Virus record (IMG/VR): IMGVR_UViG_3300042922_001182
Location: 1 to 64,000 of that record
DNA length: 64,000 nucleotides
Reading direction: 5' to 3' (one strand)
Made by a program: the position numbers and the translations under genes. Below the pieces are notes generated by a model. It was not told the DNA's origin and did no database searches. It saw only the letters and a list, made by a program, of their open reading frames with translations. Every line of letters begins with the position of its first letter. The stretch's first letter is position 1. Shown one piece after another: positions 45,259-53,460 of the stretch.

Positions 45259-45302
45259 GAACACTAGATCGTTAAAAGATCTAGCAAACCTGGAGGTGAA
45301 CC

Positions 45303-45530
45303 ATGCCGATGACAGAGGAACAGGCCCGCGCCATGAAGACCGGGGACCTCGTCCGGGAGGACGAGACCGGAGGCCTGTGGGAGCTCGTGGCCCGCATCGT
45401 TCCATACCCCGATATGGAGAACGAGCTGACCGGCTACGTGCGTCTGAACAGCGACAAGGAGACCCTCAAGCACTTCAGCAGGGACTCGCTGGAGCGATAC
45501 ACCCCCGTACTTCCATCTAAGAGGAAGTGA
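45303..45530 (+). CDS. Hypothetical protein
   Basis: GGAGGTG SD; 75 aa. Confidence 0.7.
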   Translation: MPMTEEQARAMKTGDLVREDETGGLWELVARIVPYPDMENELTGYVRLNSDKETLKHFSRDSLERYTPVLPSKRK

Positions 45531-45634
45531 CCATAGGCCCAACGCCCAAGGCGTTGGGCCGGTTTAATCCGCGAGGAGTCGCGGGAACTACGCATTATGC
45601 CTATGGCACAAGCGTAGGAAGGAGAAATGCAACA

Positions 45635-46333
45635 GTGAACGCAAGAACACCGCACTACCGACAGCAGCTGTCCATATGGCTCCTGGCCGTGCTTCTGTCC
45701 CTCGCCCTCTTCGGGGTGGTGGGGCACACGCTGAACCAGAGCCGCCCGGAGCCCGTCAGGCCCGCCCCCGTGGACGGCCCCAGGCCCAAGGACACGCCCA
45801 AGGTGGTGCCCATCCCGTCCGTCCTCCCCAAGCCCAAGCCCCGGCCGCACGGCCCCGTCTGGGAGTACGTCTACAGCAGCACGGTGGAGCACCAGGGGAG
45901 GGGCAAGGCCCGCGAGAAGGCCGACATGTACGCCCTGCCCATCTACACCAAGGCCGTCAAGTACCGGATCAGCCCGATCCTGGTGGCGTCCCTGGTGAAG
46001 ACCGAGAGCCACTTCGACCGGTTCGCCGTGTCCAGCGCGGGGGCCCTCGGTCTAGCGCAGATCATGCCGTTCCACTTCGAGTCGCACGGCTACAGCCTCT
46101 CCAGGTGGAAGGACCCGTGGGTCAACATGGAGATCAGCTGCAGGCTGCTGCACGGCTTCCGCAGGGACCTGAGCAAGAGGTTCCCGGGGTCGTCGGACCT
46201 GGCGGTGAAGAACATGATGCTCGTGGCCTACAACATGGGCCAGGGCGCGGTGGTCAACCGGGGGATCCGGAGCAGCCACTACAGCAGGACGGTCATCCGC
46301 GACGCCAAGCCGAGACCGGTCAAGTACATCTGA
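45635..46333 (+). CDS. Membrane-anchored lytic transglycosylase (SLT family)
   Basis: N-terminal TM, Pro-rich linker, KTESHF..AVSSAGALGLAQIMP, AYNMG. Confidence 0.85.
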   Translation: MNARTPHYRQQLSIWLLAVLLSLALFGVVGHTLNQSRPEPVRPAPVDGPRPKDTPKVVPIPSVLPKPKPRPHGPVWEYVYSSTVEHQGRGKAREKADMYALPIYTKAVKYRISPILVASLVKTESHFDRFAVSSAGALGLAQIMPFHFESHGYSLSRWKDPWVNMEISCRLLHGFRRDLSKRFPGSSDLAVKNMMLVAYNMGQGAVVNRGIRSSHYSRTVIRDAKPRPVKYI

Positions 46334-46340
46334 TTTTACA

Positions 46341-46370
46341 GGGGAACGCCGAAAGGCGTTCCCCGCTTTT
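46341..46370 (+). terminator. Intrinsic terminator
   Basis: GGGGAACGCC-gaaa-GGCGTTCCCC followed by GCTTTT. Confidence 0.75.
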
Positions 46371-46393
46371 CGTTCCTAAGAAGGAGGACCACC

Positions 46394-46972
46394 GTGTCCA
46401 AGATTACCGAAGTCTACATCCTCAACACCGGCGTCCGTCTCGCAGCCATCAGCGCCCTCGCCGAAGGGATGTCGGAGGGCCTGAAGGCGAAAATCAAGGA
46501 CGTCGCGGAGGCGCTCAGCAGCGAGTCCAAGCAGATCGCTGAGATGGTCAAATCCCCCGAACCGTACCTCGGGCTTGACAACCTCCCCGATGGCACCAAG
46601 TCGCTCGTCTTCTGCGTGGCCCCTCAGATGGCCGTCGGGGAGATCGGCGGGATCAACGCGTCTGTCACCGCCTACGCCACCCAGGATCAGAACGAGATCG
46701 AGGAGGACGAAGCCGAAGAGCTGGCCGATGGCCTCAGCTGCGTCCAGACTGCCGAAGAGGTCCTGGACTTCGTCAGCTACATCCCCGACCCCTGGGAGCC
46801 CGGCGTGGACGGAGTCCCCTACGGCGACATCGTCTCCGCCCTCAAGCCCGAGGTCATGGAGAAGGTGGAGAGCGGCGAAATCCTGCTCCTCTGGGGCGGC
46901 AGCTGGGGCGTCGGCGTCGAGGAGATCGAGCCGGGCGGCGTCTACGAGTTCGGCTTCGACGAGGACAGCTAG
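46394..46972 (+). CDS. Acidic hypothetical protein; paralog of 47261..47851
   Basis: Shared SLVF, TAY, PDPW and EPGxxYxFG motifs. Confidence 0.8.
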   Translation: MSKITEVYILNTGVRLAAISALAEGMSEGLKAKIKDVAEALSSESKQIAEMVKSPEPYLGLDNLPDGTKSLVFCVAPQMAVGEIGGINASVTAYATQDQNEIEEDEAEELADGLSCVQTAEEVLDFVSYIPDPWEPGVDGVPYGDIVSALKPEVMEKVESGEILLLWGGSWGVGVEEIEPGGVYEFGFDEDS

Positions 46973-46973
46973 G

Positions 46974-47264
46974 ATGAGGGAGGGGAAGGAGCACTTCTGG
47001 TACACCCTGCTGGCGTCCGTCCCGGAGACCTACGACCAGCGCCACATCGACATCCTGATCCGCCGCCTTAACTCCAAGGGGGTCCACGTCACCCTGAAGA
47101 CCATCGACAAGAACCTCACCGGGATGGAGAGGTCCTACGTGGTCGCCACCGACGCGTGGACGCGCATGGACAACATCGAGCGGATCGCCGCCATCATGAA
47201 GAAGGAGGGGCTCAAGCCCTTCCTTCACACCCTCGTCAAGAAAGGAAGCTACAGGCCGTTATGA
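46974..47264 (+). CDS. Hypothetical protein
   Basis: ATG46974 inside track ORF 46575..47264; fills the operon gap. Confidence 0.65.
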   Translation: MREGKEHFWYTLLASVPETYDQRHIDILIRRLNSKGVHVTLKTIDKNLTGMERSYVVATDAWTRMDNIERIAAIMKKEGLKPFLHTLVKKGSYRPL

Positions 47265-47851
47265 GCAACGAAGAAGAGAAGATCGTCCCCGAGACCCAGA
47301 AGTTCATGAACCGGGAGCAGCTGGAGGGTGTCGGCAAGCAGCTCGACGACATCGCCAGCACCCTGGAGCGGATGGGCAAGCTCCCCACCACCATGGGCGA
47401 CCTCCGGGAGGCCGCCGAGAAGCTCCTCCTGAAGTCCCGCGACATCGAGCAGGTCATGGAGATGGCCTTCAGCTCGAACCCCATCGTCACCAGCGAGGAC
47501 GTCCCGGAGGAGATGGGGTCCCTCGTCTTCGGCGCCGACCGCCAGAACAACTTCCCGGGTGGGGTGTCGTTCACCGCCTACGGGTACGATTCGGGGAAGT
47601 CGGTCGGCAAGGACTCCCCCGACTTCGAGATCGAGCCGGTCTTCAACGGGGCGTGCGACCGCTGGCCCGACCCCTGGAAAGCGGAGAACATCAGCTACGA
47701 GCAGGTCGTGGCGATTCTCTCCGAGGAACTGCGGAAGCGCCTGGAGGAGGGCACCCTGGAGCTGTACTGGTACACCGGCGGCCGGAAGGACACCCGCACC
47801 CGGATGGAGCCTGGCAAGCTCTACCCGTTCGGCGAGAACGACGACACCTAG
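47261..47851 (+). CDS. Acidic hypothetical protein; paralog of 46394..46972
   Basis: ATGA overlap; shared motifs. Confidence 0.8.
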   Translation: MSNEEEKIVPETQKFMNREQLEGVGKQLDDIASTLERMGKLPTTMGDLREAAEKLLLKSRDIEQVMEMAFSSNPIVTSEDVPEEMGSLVFGADRQNNFPGGVSFTAYGYDSGKSVGKDSPDFEIEPVFNGACDRWPDPWKAENISYEQVVAILSEELRKRLEEGTLELYWYTGGRKDTRTRMEPGKLYPFGENDDT

Positions 47852-47866
47852 GAAGGAAGAATCAGC

Positions 47867-48418
47867 ATGACCGATAAGGCATACATCCTCCGCCCCAACG
47901 GGGGGAAGCTCATGAACAAGGGCGACGGCCACGATATGGGTATCAAGAAGGGGAAGGTGTACCCCACCAAGGAACAGCGCCTGGCGCTGGACCTGGCGAT
48001 CCAGAAGCTCGGCTGGAAGCCCCTCAACTGGAACGAGGACGGGTCCCTTAGCCTCGGAGGGAAGGTGGTCGCCTCCTTCATCGACCTCAACCACGAGGAC
48101 CCCGCGAAGTCGGATCATTACGTCGAGATCCAGTACACCAACAAGTTCAAAGCAGACGAGCTCTGGGAGATGATCGAGGTCAGCAGCGCCAGCGGCAACC
48201 CGCCGCACACCTACACCTACAGCCTGGAGGAAGAGGACAACTCCTACTTCTGCTTCATGCTCAACGAGGCCAAGGATGGTCTGGTTCACAACCCGGTGTG
48301 GGACAGCTGCAGCACCGACGAGACCATCGAGGAGTACGGCGTCGCGGTGGACACCGACATGGGCAGCGAAGACACTCTCAAGGTGGCCGCCAAGGCCGCC
48401 AAGAAGCTAATCAGCTGA
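47867..48418 (+). CDS. Hypothetical protein
   Basis: AAGGA SD; 183 aa; codon bias. Confidence 0.75.
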   Translation: MTDKAYILRPNGGKLMNKGDGHDMGIKKGKVYPTKEQRLALDLAIQKLGWKPLNWNEDGSLSLGGKVVASFIDLNHEDPAKSDHYVEIQYTNKFKADELWEMIEVSSASGNPPHTYTYSLEEEDNSYFCFMLNEAKDGLVHNPVWDSCSTDETIEEYGVAVDTDMGSEDTLKVAAKAAKKLIS

Positions 48419-48422
48419 AACG

Positions 48423-48452
48423 GAGGGAGCCCCGGCGGCTCCCTCTTTTTTT
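48423..48452 (+). terminator. Intrinsic terminator
   Basis: GAGGGAGCC/GGCTCCCTC stem followed by T7. Confidence 0.8.
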
Positions 48453-48528
48453 CTGCGCTCCTGTGCATGACGCGCAAAACCGAGGGGGAACCAAACGATA
48501 GCGAAACCCCCCAACACAGGAGGATGAA

Positions 48529-50880
48529 ATGTCCAACATCACCAAGGTGTCCACCACCGTCGGCGGCCAGCCCGCCGTCCTGCTCCACATCTCCCACAAG
48601 CAGGAGGAGCAGGTGAAGGAGGAGGTGAGCGTCGACTCCCTGCACTTCATCGAGATCGTGGACCGGTCCTACTCCATGAGCGGCAACCTGCGGGAGCTGG
48701 GCAACCACGTCTACCAGTCCACCCAGGCGATGGGCCCGAACGACCGCTTCAGCCTCATCTGGTTCGCCGGTGAGGGCCAGTACCGCACCGTCTTCAAGGG
48801 CGCGAAGCGGGACGACGAGGGCCTGCGGGTCATGATCGACGAGATCATCAGCCCGGTGGGCCTGACCTGCTTCTCGGAGTCGCTCCAGGAGGCCGAGGTC
48901 ATCATGAAGGAGCTGGCGAAGCTCTGCCCCAACTTCGTCCTCGGCCTCTTCACCGACGGCGAGCCCGTCGTCTCGTGGGGCGCCGCCGAGGAGATGAAGC
49001 GCTGCCTCGACATCGCCGCCCGCATCGGCGGCACCGCCCTCGCCCTGAACTGCATCGGCTACGGCTACAACTACGACATGGACTTCCTCAAGGGCCTGTC
49101 GGCCAAGACCCAGTTCGGCCAGGCCGTCCACAGCTCCAAGATCGAGGACTTCACGGAGATCTTCCGCCACAACTACGAGCGCGTCTCGGACCTGGTGGTG
49201 GACACCCTGGACGTGGTCGGCCCCAGCTGCGACGACATCGTCTACATCGGCTCCAAGAACTCCAAGCTGACCGTCAACAAGCTCGGCGACGGCAACGTCA
49301 ACCGGCTGCACCTCACCGCCCTCGACAAGCGCAAGAACCAGGTCCTCCTGGTCCTCCGGCCCGGCGGCGACGGCAAGGTCAACGGCCTCGTCGAATACAA
49401 CGGTGCCACCATCGACGTCAACTCCCTCAAGGAGGGCAAGCTGCGCGAGGACACCCTCCGCAACGCCCTCTACGCCTACGCCCACGAGCTGTACTACGCC
49501 GGACGCCGTCAGGAGGCCCTGGACGTGCTCGCCCACGACCTCGGCGACAGGTTCCTGGTCGACTCCCAGTTCCAGGCGTTCACCCGCGACGAGGTCGCCG
49601 AGCACAGCGCGAAGCTTCGCAAGGCGGCTTTCGACACCAAGGCCCGCTTCCTCGGCGGCACCTGCTCCAAGGACTACCTACCCGCAGCCGACGCCCCGTG
49701 CGTCTACGGCCTGCTGCGCACCCTGGCGGCCAGCTCCCGTGCCTGGTACCTCCCGGACGAGAAGGGCTACAAGCGCATCGGCCTCAAGGCCGTCGACTCC
49801 TACAACCTGTTCAAGGCGGACGTCTCGCACGTCCCGATGGCCCCCTTCAGCGACCTCGTGTTCAACGAGGAGCACCTGAACGTCTCCCTCCGCTGGTCCA
49901 AGCAGGGCACGGTCGCCATCAACCCCAGGACCGCCGAGCGCGTCGGCCTCCCCACCGACTTCCCCACCCAGATCTACCGCGTCCACACGGTGGTCAAGGA
50001 CGGCGAGCTGCACACCCCCCGCATCTGGGCGGTCGTCGGCGAGGACGTGATGGAGATCCTGGACACCGTCTACCCCGGGATCGTCCTCAAGACGTCCCCG
50101 TCCGCTAACGTCGACAGGAACGACTTCAAGGGCAAGGACGGCTCGGTCGAGGCCGGGTTCGACGTCCCCTACCACGACGTCTTCCTGGACCTGTCGGTGC
50201 TCCCCGTCATCAACCGCTCCTACCTGGAGAGCAGTCGGGACACCCGCTCCGTTCTCGCCCAGGTCGTCCACCTCAACGAGCTCAAGGCCGAGCAGAAGGT
50301 GCTGAAGCACTACCTGAAGGCCATGACCGAGGCCACCAACGTCGCGAAGGACCGCGTCGGCGGCGGCTACAACAAGGAGCAGATGGAGGTCCTGCTGGAG
50401 AACGGTCTCGATTACAGCCTGAACTACAGCGGCGTCAAGCGCGAGGTCGAGAAGAAGAACGAGGAGGACTTCTACGAGATCCGCACCCTGACCCTCCAGC
50501 TCGCCGGGTGGTCCAGCCTCCCGAAGGTCGAGGACGTGATCGCGTCCCTGGACGGCGTCTCCGGCAAGAAGCTCAACGGCCCCGGCACCCAGATGGCCAA
50601 GATCATCGAGGAGCTGCGCTCGGAGGAGGTCGCCCTCGACAAGAAGCCCACCGTGGAGCAGTCGCGCTTCATCGAGGGATGCCTGAGGACGGTCAAGAAC
50701 TCCATCCTGCGCACCAGCGCGGATCTGGCCGCCATGAAGCTCGCCAAGGTGTTGACCGGCGATTGGTTCGACGGCGCCGTCCCCAACGACAAGGGTCAGT
50801 ACGTCTTCGCCTCCGACATCGGCGGCGTCGAGCGCCAGCTCGTGATCAAGGCAGGTCGCGAGAAGCAGTACTTCTCCTAA
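48529..50880 (+). CDS. von Willebrand factor A (vWA) domain protein
   Basis: MIDAS motif DRSYSM, conserved T, FTDG, IGYG; 783 aa. Confidence 0.85.
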   Translation: MSNITKVSTTVGGQPAVLLHISHKQEEQVKEEVSVDSLHFIEIVDRSYSMSGNLRELGNHVYQSTQAMGPNDRFSLIWFAGEGQYRTVFKGAKRDDEGLRVMIDEIISPVGLTCFSESLQEAEVIMKELAKLCPNFVLGLFTDGEPVVSWGAAEEMKRCLDIAARIGGTALALNCIGYGYNYDMDFLKGLSAKTQFGQAVHSSKIEDFTEIFRHNYERVSDLVVDTLDVVGPSCDDIVYIGSKNSKLTVNKLGDGNVNRLHLTALDKRKNQVLLVLRPGGDGKVNGLVEYNGATIDVNSLKEGKLREDTLRNALYAYAHELYYAGRRQEALDVLAHDLGDRFLVDSQFQAFTRDEVAEHSAKLRKAAFDTKARFLGGTCSKDYLPAADAPCVYGLLRTLAASSRAWYLPDEKGYKRIGLKAVDSYNLFKADVSHVPMAPFSDLVFNEEHLNVSLRWSKQGTVAINPRTAERVGLPTDFPTQIYRVHTVVKDGELHTPRIWAVVGEDVMEILDTVYPGIVLKTSPSANVDRNDFKGKDGSVEAGFDVPYHDVFLDLSVLPVINRSYLESSRDTRSVLAQVVHLNELKAEQKVLKHYLKAMTEATNVAKDRVGGGYNKEQMEVLLENGLDYSLNYSGVKREVEKKNEEDFYEIRTLTLQLAGWSSLPKVEDVIASLDGVSGKKLNGPGTQMAKIIEELRSEEVALDKKPTVEQSRFIEGCLRTVKNSILRTSADLAAMKLAKVLTGDWFDGAVPNDKGQYVFASDIGGVERQLVIKAGREKQYFS

Positions 50881-50888
50881 GGATTCAT

Positions 50889-50925
50889 CGGGAATCGCCC
50901 TAGGGGCGATTCCCGTCTTCCTTTT
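50889..50925 (+). terminator. Intrinsic terminator
   Basis: CGGGAATCGCCC/GGGCGATTCCCG stem followed by a pyrimidine tract. Confidence 0.75.
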
Positions 50926-50929
50926 CAAA

Positions 50930-50939
50930 CGCACATTAT
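50930..50939 (+). promoter_or_regulatory. Putative phage early promoter (CGCACATTAT)
   Basis: Motif variant directly after a terminator and before a gene cluster. Confidence 0.5.
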
Positions 50940-50966
50940 TAGAGTGACCGCAGGAAGGAAAACCAA

Positions 50967-51329
50967 GTGGAGCGAGAATCCCATCTTCCCGAGGGGTCTC
51001 CTGTCACCGAGGAGGAGATCACCCGATACACGACGGCCCAGTGCTGGGTCCTGGCGTGGCACCTGGCGCGGGAGATCCCCGCCCCGTACCAGCCCGCGAT
51101 CGTCGACTTCGACGAGCACGTCCTCGTGCAGATAGGCGGCGAAGACATGTACCTGGATGTGACCGGCATGCATACGAAGGCAGAGCTGAGCGGGTTCTGG
51201 GAGCTGTCGCACAGGATGCACCCGATAGCCTACGACCTCACCCCGCACATCATCCCGGACCAGAGCCACCCGGAGAACGAGCGGGCCAGAGAGGTAGCAA
51301 GAAAATTGATAGCGTACTATCTCAAATAG
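50967..51329 (+). CDS. Hypothetical protein
   Basis: GTG start after AAGGA; CWVLAWHL...HVLV...YLDVTG (C/H/D pattern). Confidence 0.7.
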   Translation: MERESHLPEGSPVTEEEITRYTTAQCWVLAWHLAREIPAPYQPAIVDFDEHVLVQIGGEDMYLDVTGMHTKAELSGFWELSHRMHPIAYDLTPHIIPDQSHPENERAREVARKLIAYYLK

Positions 51330-51344
51330 AAAGGAGATACGAAG

Positions 51345-51686
51345 ATGGAAGACACTCAGACCATCTCCAGCAACGCCAGGCTGGTGATGAAGCAGTTCCT
51401 CGAAAGTTGGCGCGAGGAGATGTTCAAGCTCTTCGGGTCCTACGAGCTCGATGACTACGTCTCCGCGAGCTTCGTCCAGGAGAGCAGCAAGCTCATCGAG
51501 TTCGAGTACCGCTTCCAGGACGGGGGCGACCAGGCGCAGATCGTGGCGACCACCGCCCGCATCCGCCTGTGCACCAACGGCCCCGCCCTCAAGAACGCGG
51601 ACACCCTGGGGCGCTCCTACGCGCGACTGGCGAACGCCTACTACGCCGCACAGGAAGACCACTGCGAGGTGGCACCGTGGCAGTGA
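51345..51686 (+). CDS. Hypothetical protein
   Basis: AAAGGAG SD. Confidence 0.75.
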   Translation: MEDTQTISSNARLVMKQFLESWREEMFKLFGSYELDDYVSASFVQESSKLIEFEYRFQDGGDQAQIVATTARIRLCTNGPALKNADTLGRSYARLANAYYAAQEDHCEVAPWQ

Positions 51687-52117
51687 GGGTCGTACACGTC
51701 CCGAAGGGCTCGTCGGAGGAGCTGCGCCAAGACGTCGAGGGTCAGCTCAGGGGCTCCCCCATCGGGTACCTCTTCACCAGGGAGGAGGTGCCCATCCCAG
51801 GAGAGGCCGCACCGGGGATGGACTTCACGTCTCGCATCTACGCCAGCGGAGATCTGATCTTCCTGACCAGCGCGGCGGCCAACAAGGGCACGGGGATGTC
51901 CATGTTCACGGTCAGGGGCTCCGCGCAGGGCCTGAAGATGGACAAGGAGCTCCCAGTCCAGCAGGTGCTGGAGCACGAGTCCTGGGCGATCATCGCTCAG
52001 ACCTACGGGGAATTCCTCGACGGCCTGAAGCAGATCGAGACGATGAGGGCGCTAAAGACCAGCGAGACGCACGACTTCTTCGTGAAGTACAGAAAGGAAA
52101 TCGAGGAGAGGCTATGA
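51677..52117 (+). CDS. Hypothetical protein
   Basis: GTG start after GAGGT (alternative 51683); overlaps neighbours. Confidence 0.65.
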   Translation: MAVRVVHVPKGSSEELRQDVEGQLRGSPIGYLFTREEVPIPGEAAPGMDFTSRIYASGDLIFLTSAAANKGTGMSMFTVRGSAQGLKMDKELPVQQVLEHESWAIIAQTYGEFLDGLKQIETMRALKTSETHDFFVKYRKEIEERL

Positions 52118-52734
52118 TCGAGGTTAACCTGAACAAGAGGCAGATCGTCGTCGACATCATCAAGGCGGTGGTCAACAACGCCAGCGGCCCCCTCCCCAAG
52201 CTGGAGAGCTGGATGGCGGAGTTCTTCGACGCCGAGGGGCTCATCGAGGCCATCATCATGAGCGGGGCCGAGCACCCCGGATGGAGCTTCGTCTCCATCT
52301 CCGGGGACGCCTTCCTGCTCCGCAACCTGCCGTCCGCCGGGCCCTTCTTGCTGAGGGAGCTACTGCCGGTGAATAGCCCCTTCCGCGTCAACCAGGCATT
52401 AGGCGAAGTTAGTGAACGCGCTCCCTACGACGAGGACGACCTCATCGACCTGGCGCAATGCCTGGTGGACGCGTTCGAGCGCACCGGCACCCCGATCGCG
52501 ATCCCCCCCGAGATCACGAGCGAGATCGCAGAGGCGGTCCTGAATGCCTGCATCGACCACGATCCGGGAGGCTGGGAGGACTACCGCCTCTGCGGCTTCA
52601 GCAAGGAGCTGTACGAATTCATCGCCATCGAGGTTCAGAACCTCGAACTCAGGAGCCTGCACGCGACCAGGGCGATGATCGCCGAGGTCATCGGGCTCGC
52701 CAACGCCCGCGCCAATCAAGAGGAGGACAAGTAG
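52114..52734 (+). CDS. Hypothetical protein
   Basis: ATGA overlap; GAGGAG SD. Confidence 0.75.
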   Translation: MIEVNLNKRQIVVDIIKAVVNNASGPLPKLESWMAEFFDAEGLIEAIIMSGAEHPGWSFVSISGDAFLLRNLPSAGPFLLRELLPVNSPFRVNQALGEVSERAPYDEDDLIDLAQCLVDAFERTGTPIAIPPEITSEIAEAVLNACIDHDPGGWEDYRLCGFSKELYEFIAIEVQNLELRSLHATRAMIAEVIGLANARANQEEDK

Positions 52735-53265
52735 ATGGGCGTCGACCTGTACACCATCGCCCTCCAGGGACCCCACCTCATCAGCGTCGAGGCCGGTACC
52801 TTCCTCGCCAAGAACGAGGGGATGAAGCGCGTCGAGTCCTTGATCCGATTCGTCAAGGGCTACGACGACGAGGGAGGGATACCCGAGGAGATCTGCGATG
52901 ATATCGAGAAGGACTTCACCCACCTCGGGGAGACCTGGGTGGGGGAGCTCGAATCGCTCTCCGGGAGAATCCTCGACTTGGAGCTGGTCGTCATGGACGG
53001 GCAGATGACCCATGAGGCGTACCTCGATAACATCCTCCACGAGTTCACGAAGGCCTGGAATCGTAACTCGGGTTTCAACTGCTACGACCTCGGTCAGCAC
53101 AAGGTCGCCGTGACCGGGTACGAGTGCGGAGGGGACGGCGAGCCGCCTTACCTCTACGAGGTGGTCCAGAGGCTCGCAGCCCTCGGGTGCCTGGAGCCCT
53201 ACTACGTCCGGCGTCTGGCCGCGCTCCCGTCCGTCAGGCCGGAGGGCTCCCCGCCCCGGCCCTAA
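52735..53265 (+). CDS. Hypothetical acidic protein
   Basis: GAGGAGG SD; abuts the upstream stop. Confidence 0.75.
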   Translation: MGVDLYTIALQGPHLISVEAGTFLAKNEGMKRVESLIRFVKGYDDEGGIPEEICDDIEKDFTHLGETWVGELESLSGRILDLELVVMDGQMTHEAYLDNILHEFTKAWNRNSGFNCYDLGQHKVAVTGYECGGDGEPPYLYEVVQRLAALGCLEPYYVRRLAALPSVRPEGSPPRP

Positions 53266-53313
53266 CCCCTGCTTCGTTTCGGCCCTTCCGCCGCCGGGTA
53301 TAAGGCACTCGGG

Positions 53314-53323
53314 CACATATAAT
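53314..53323 (+). promoter_or_regulatory. Putative promoter for gyrB (CACATATAAT) inside an inverted repeat
   Basis: Motif variant flanked by CTCGGGCAC (53308-53316) and GTGCCCGAG (53334-53342). Confidence 0.6.
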
Positions 53324-53460
53324 GAAATAGGACGTGCCCGAGCCCTCACCCGCCGAGCGCGGGAGGACTTCCTATGGCCTAACGGCCAAATCCCCCTGGA
53401 AACAGGGAATCGTATCGCGGCCCCTGAGAGGGCCCAACCCTAGTCACCGAAAGGTTGGTT

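Noticed and set aside
53322-53330. ATG-AAA-TAG minigene in the gyrB promoter region (similarly ATG-CAA-CAG-TGA at 45627)
   Set aside because: The first overlaps the promoter core and has no SD; the second is better explained by an SD serving GTG45635
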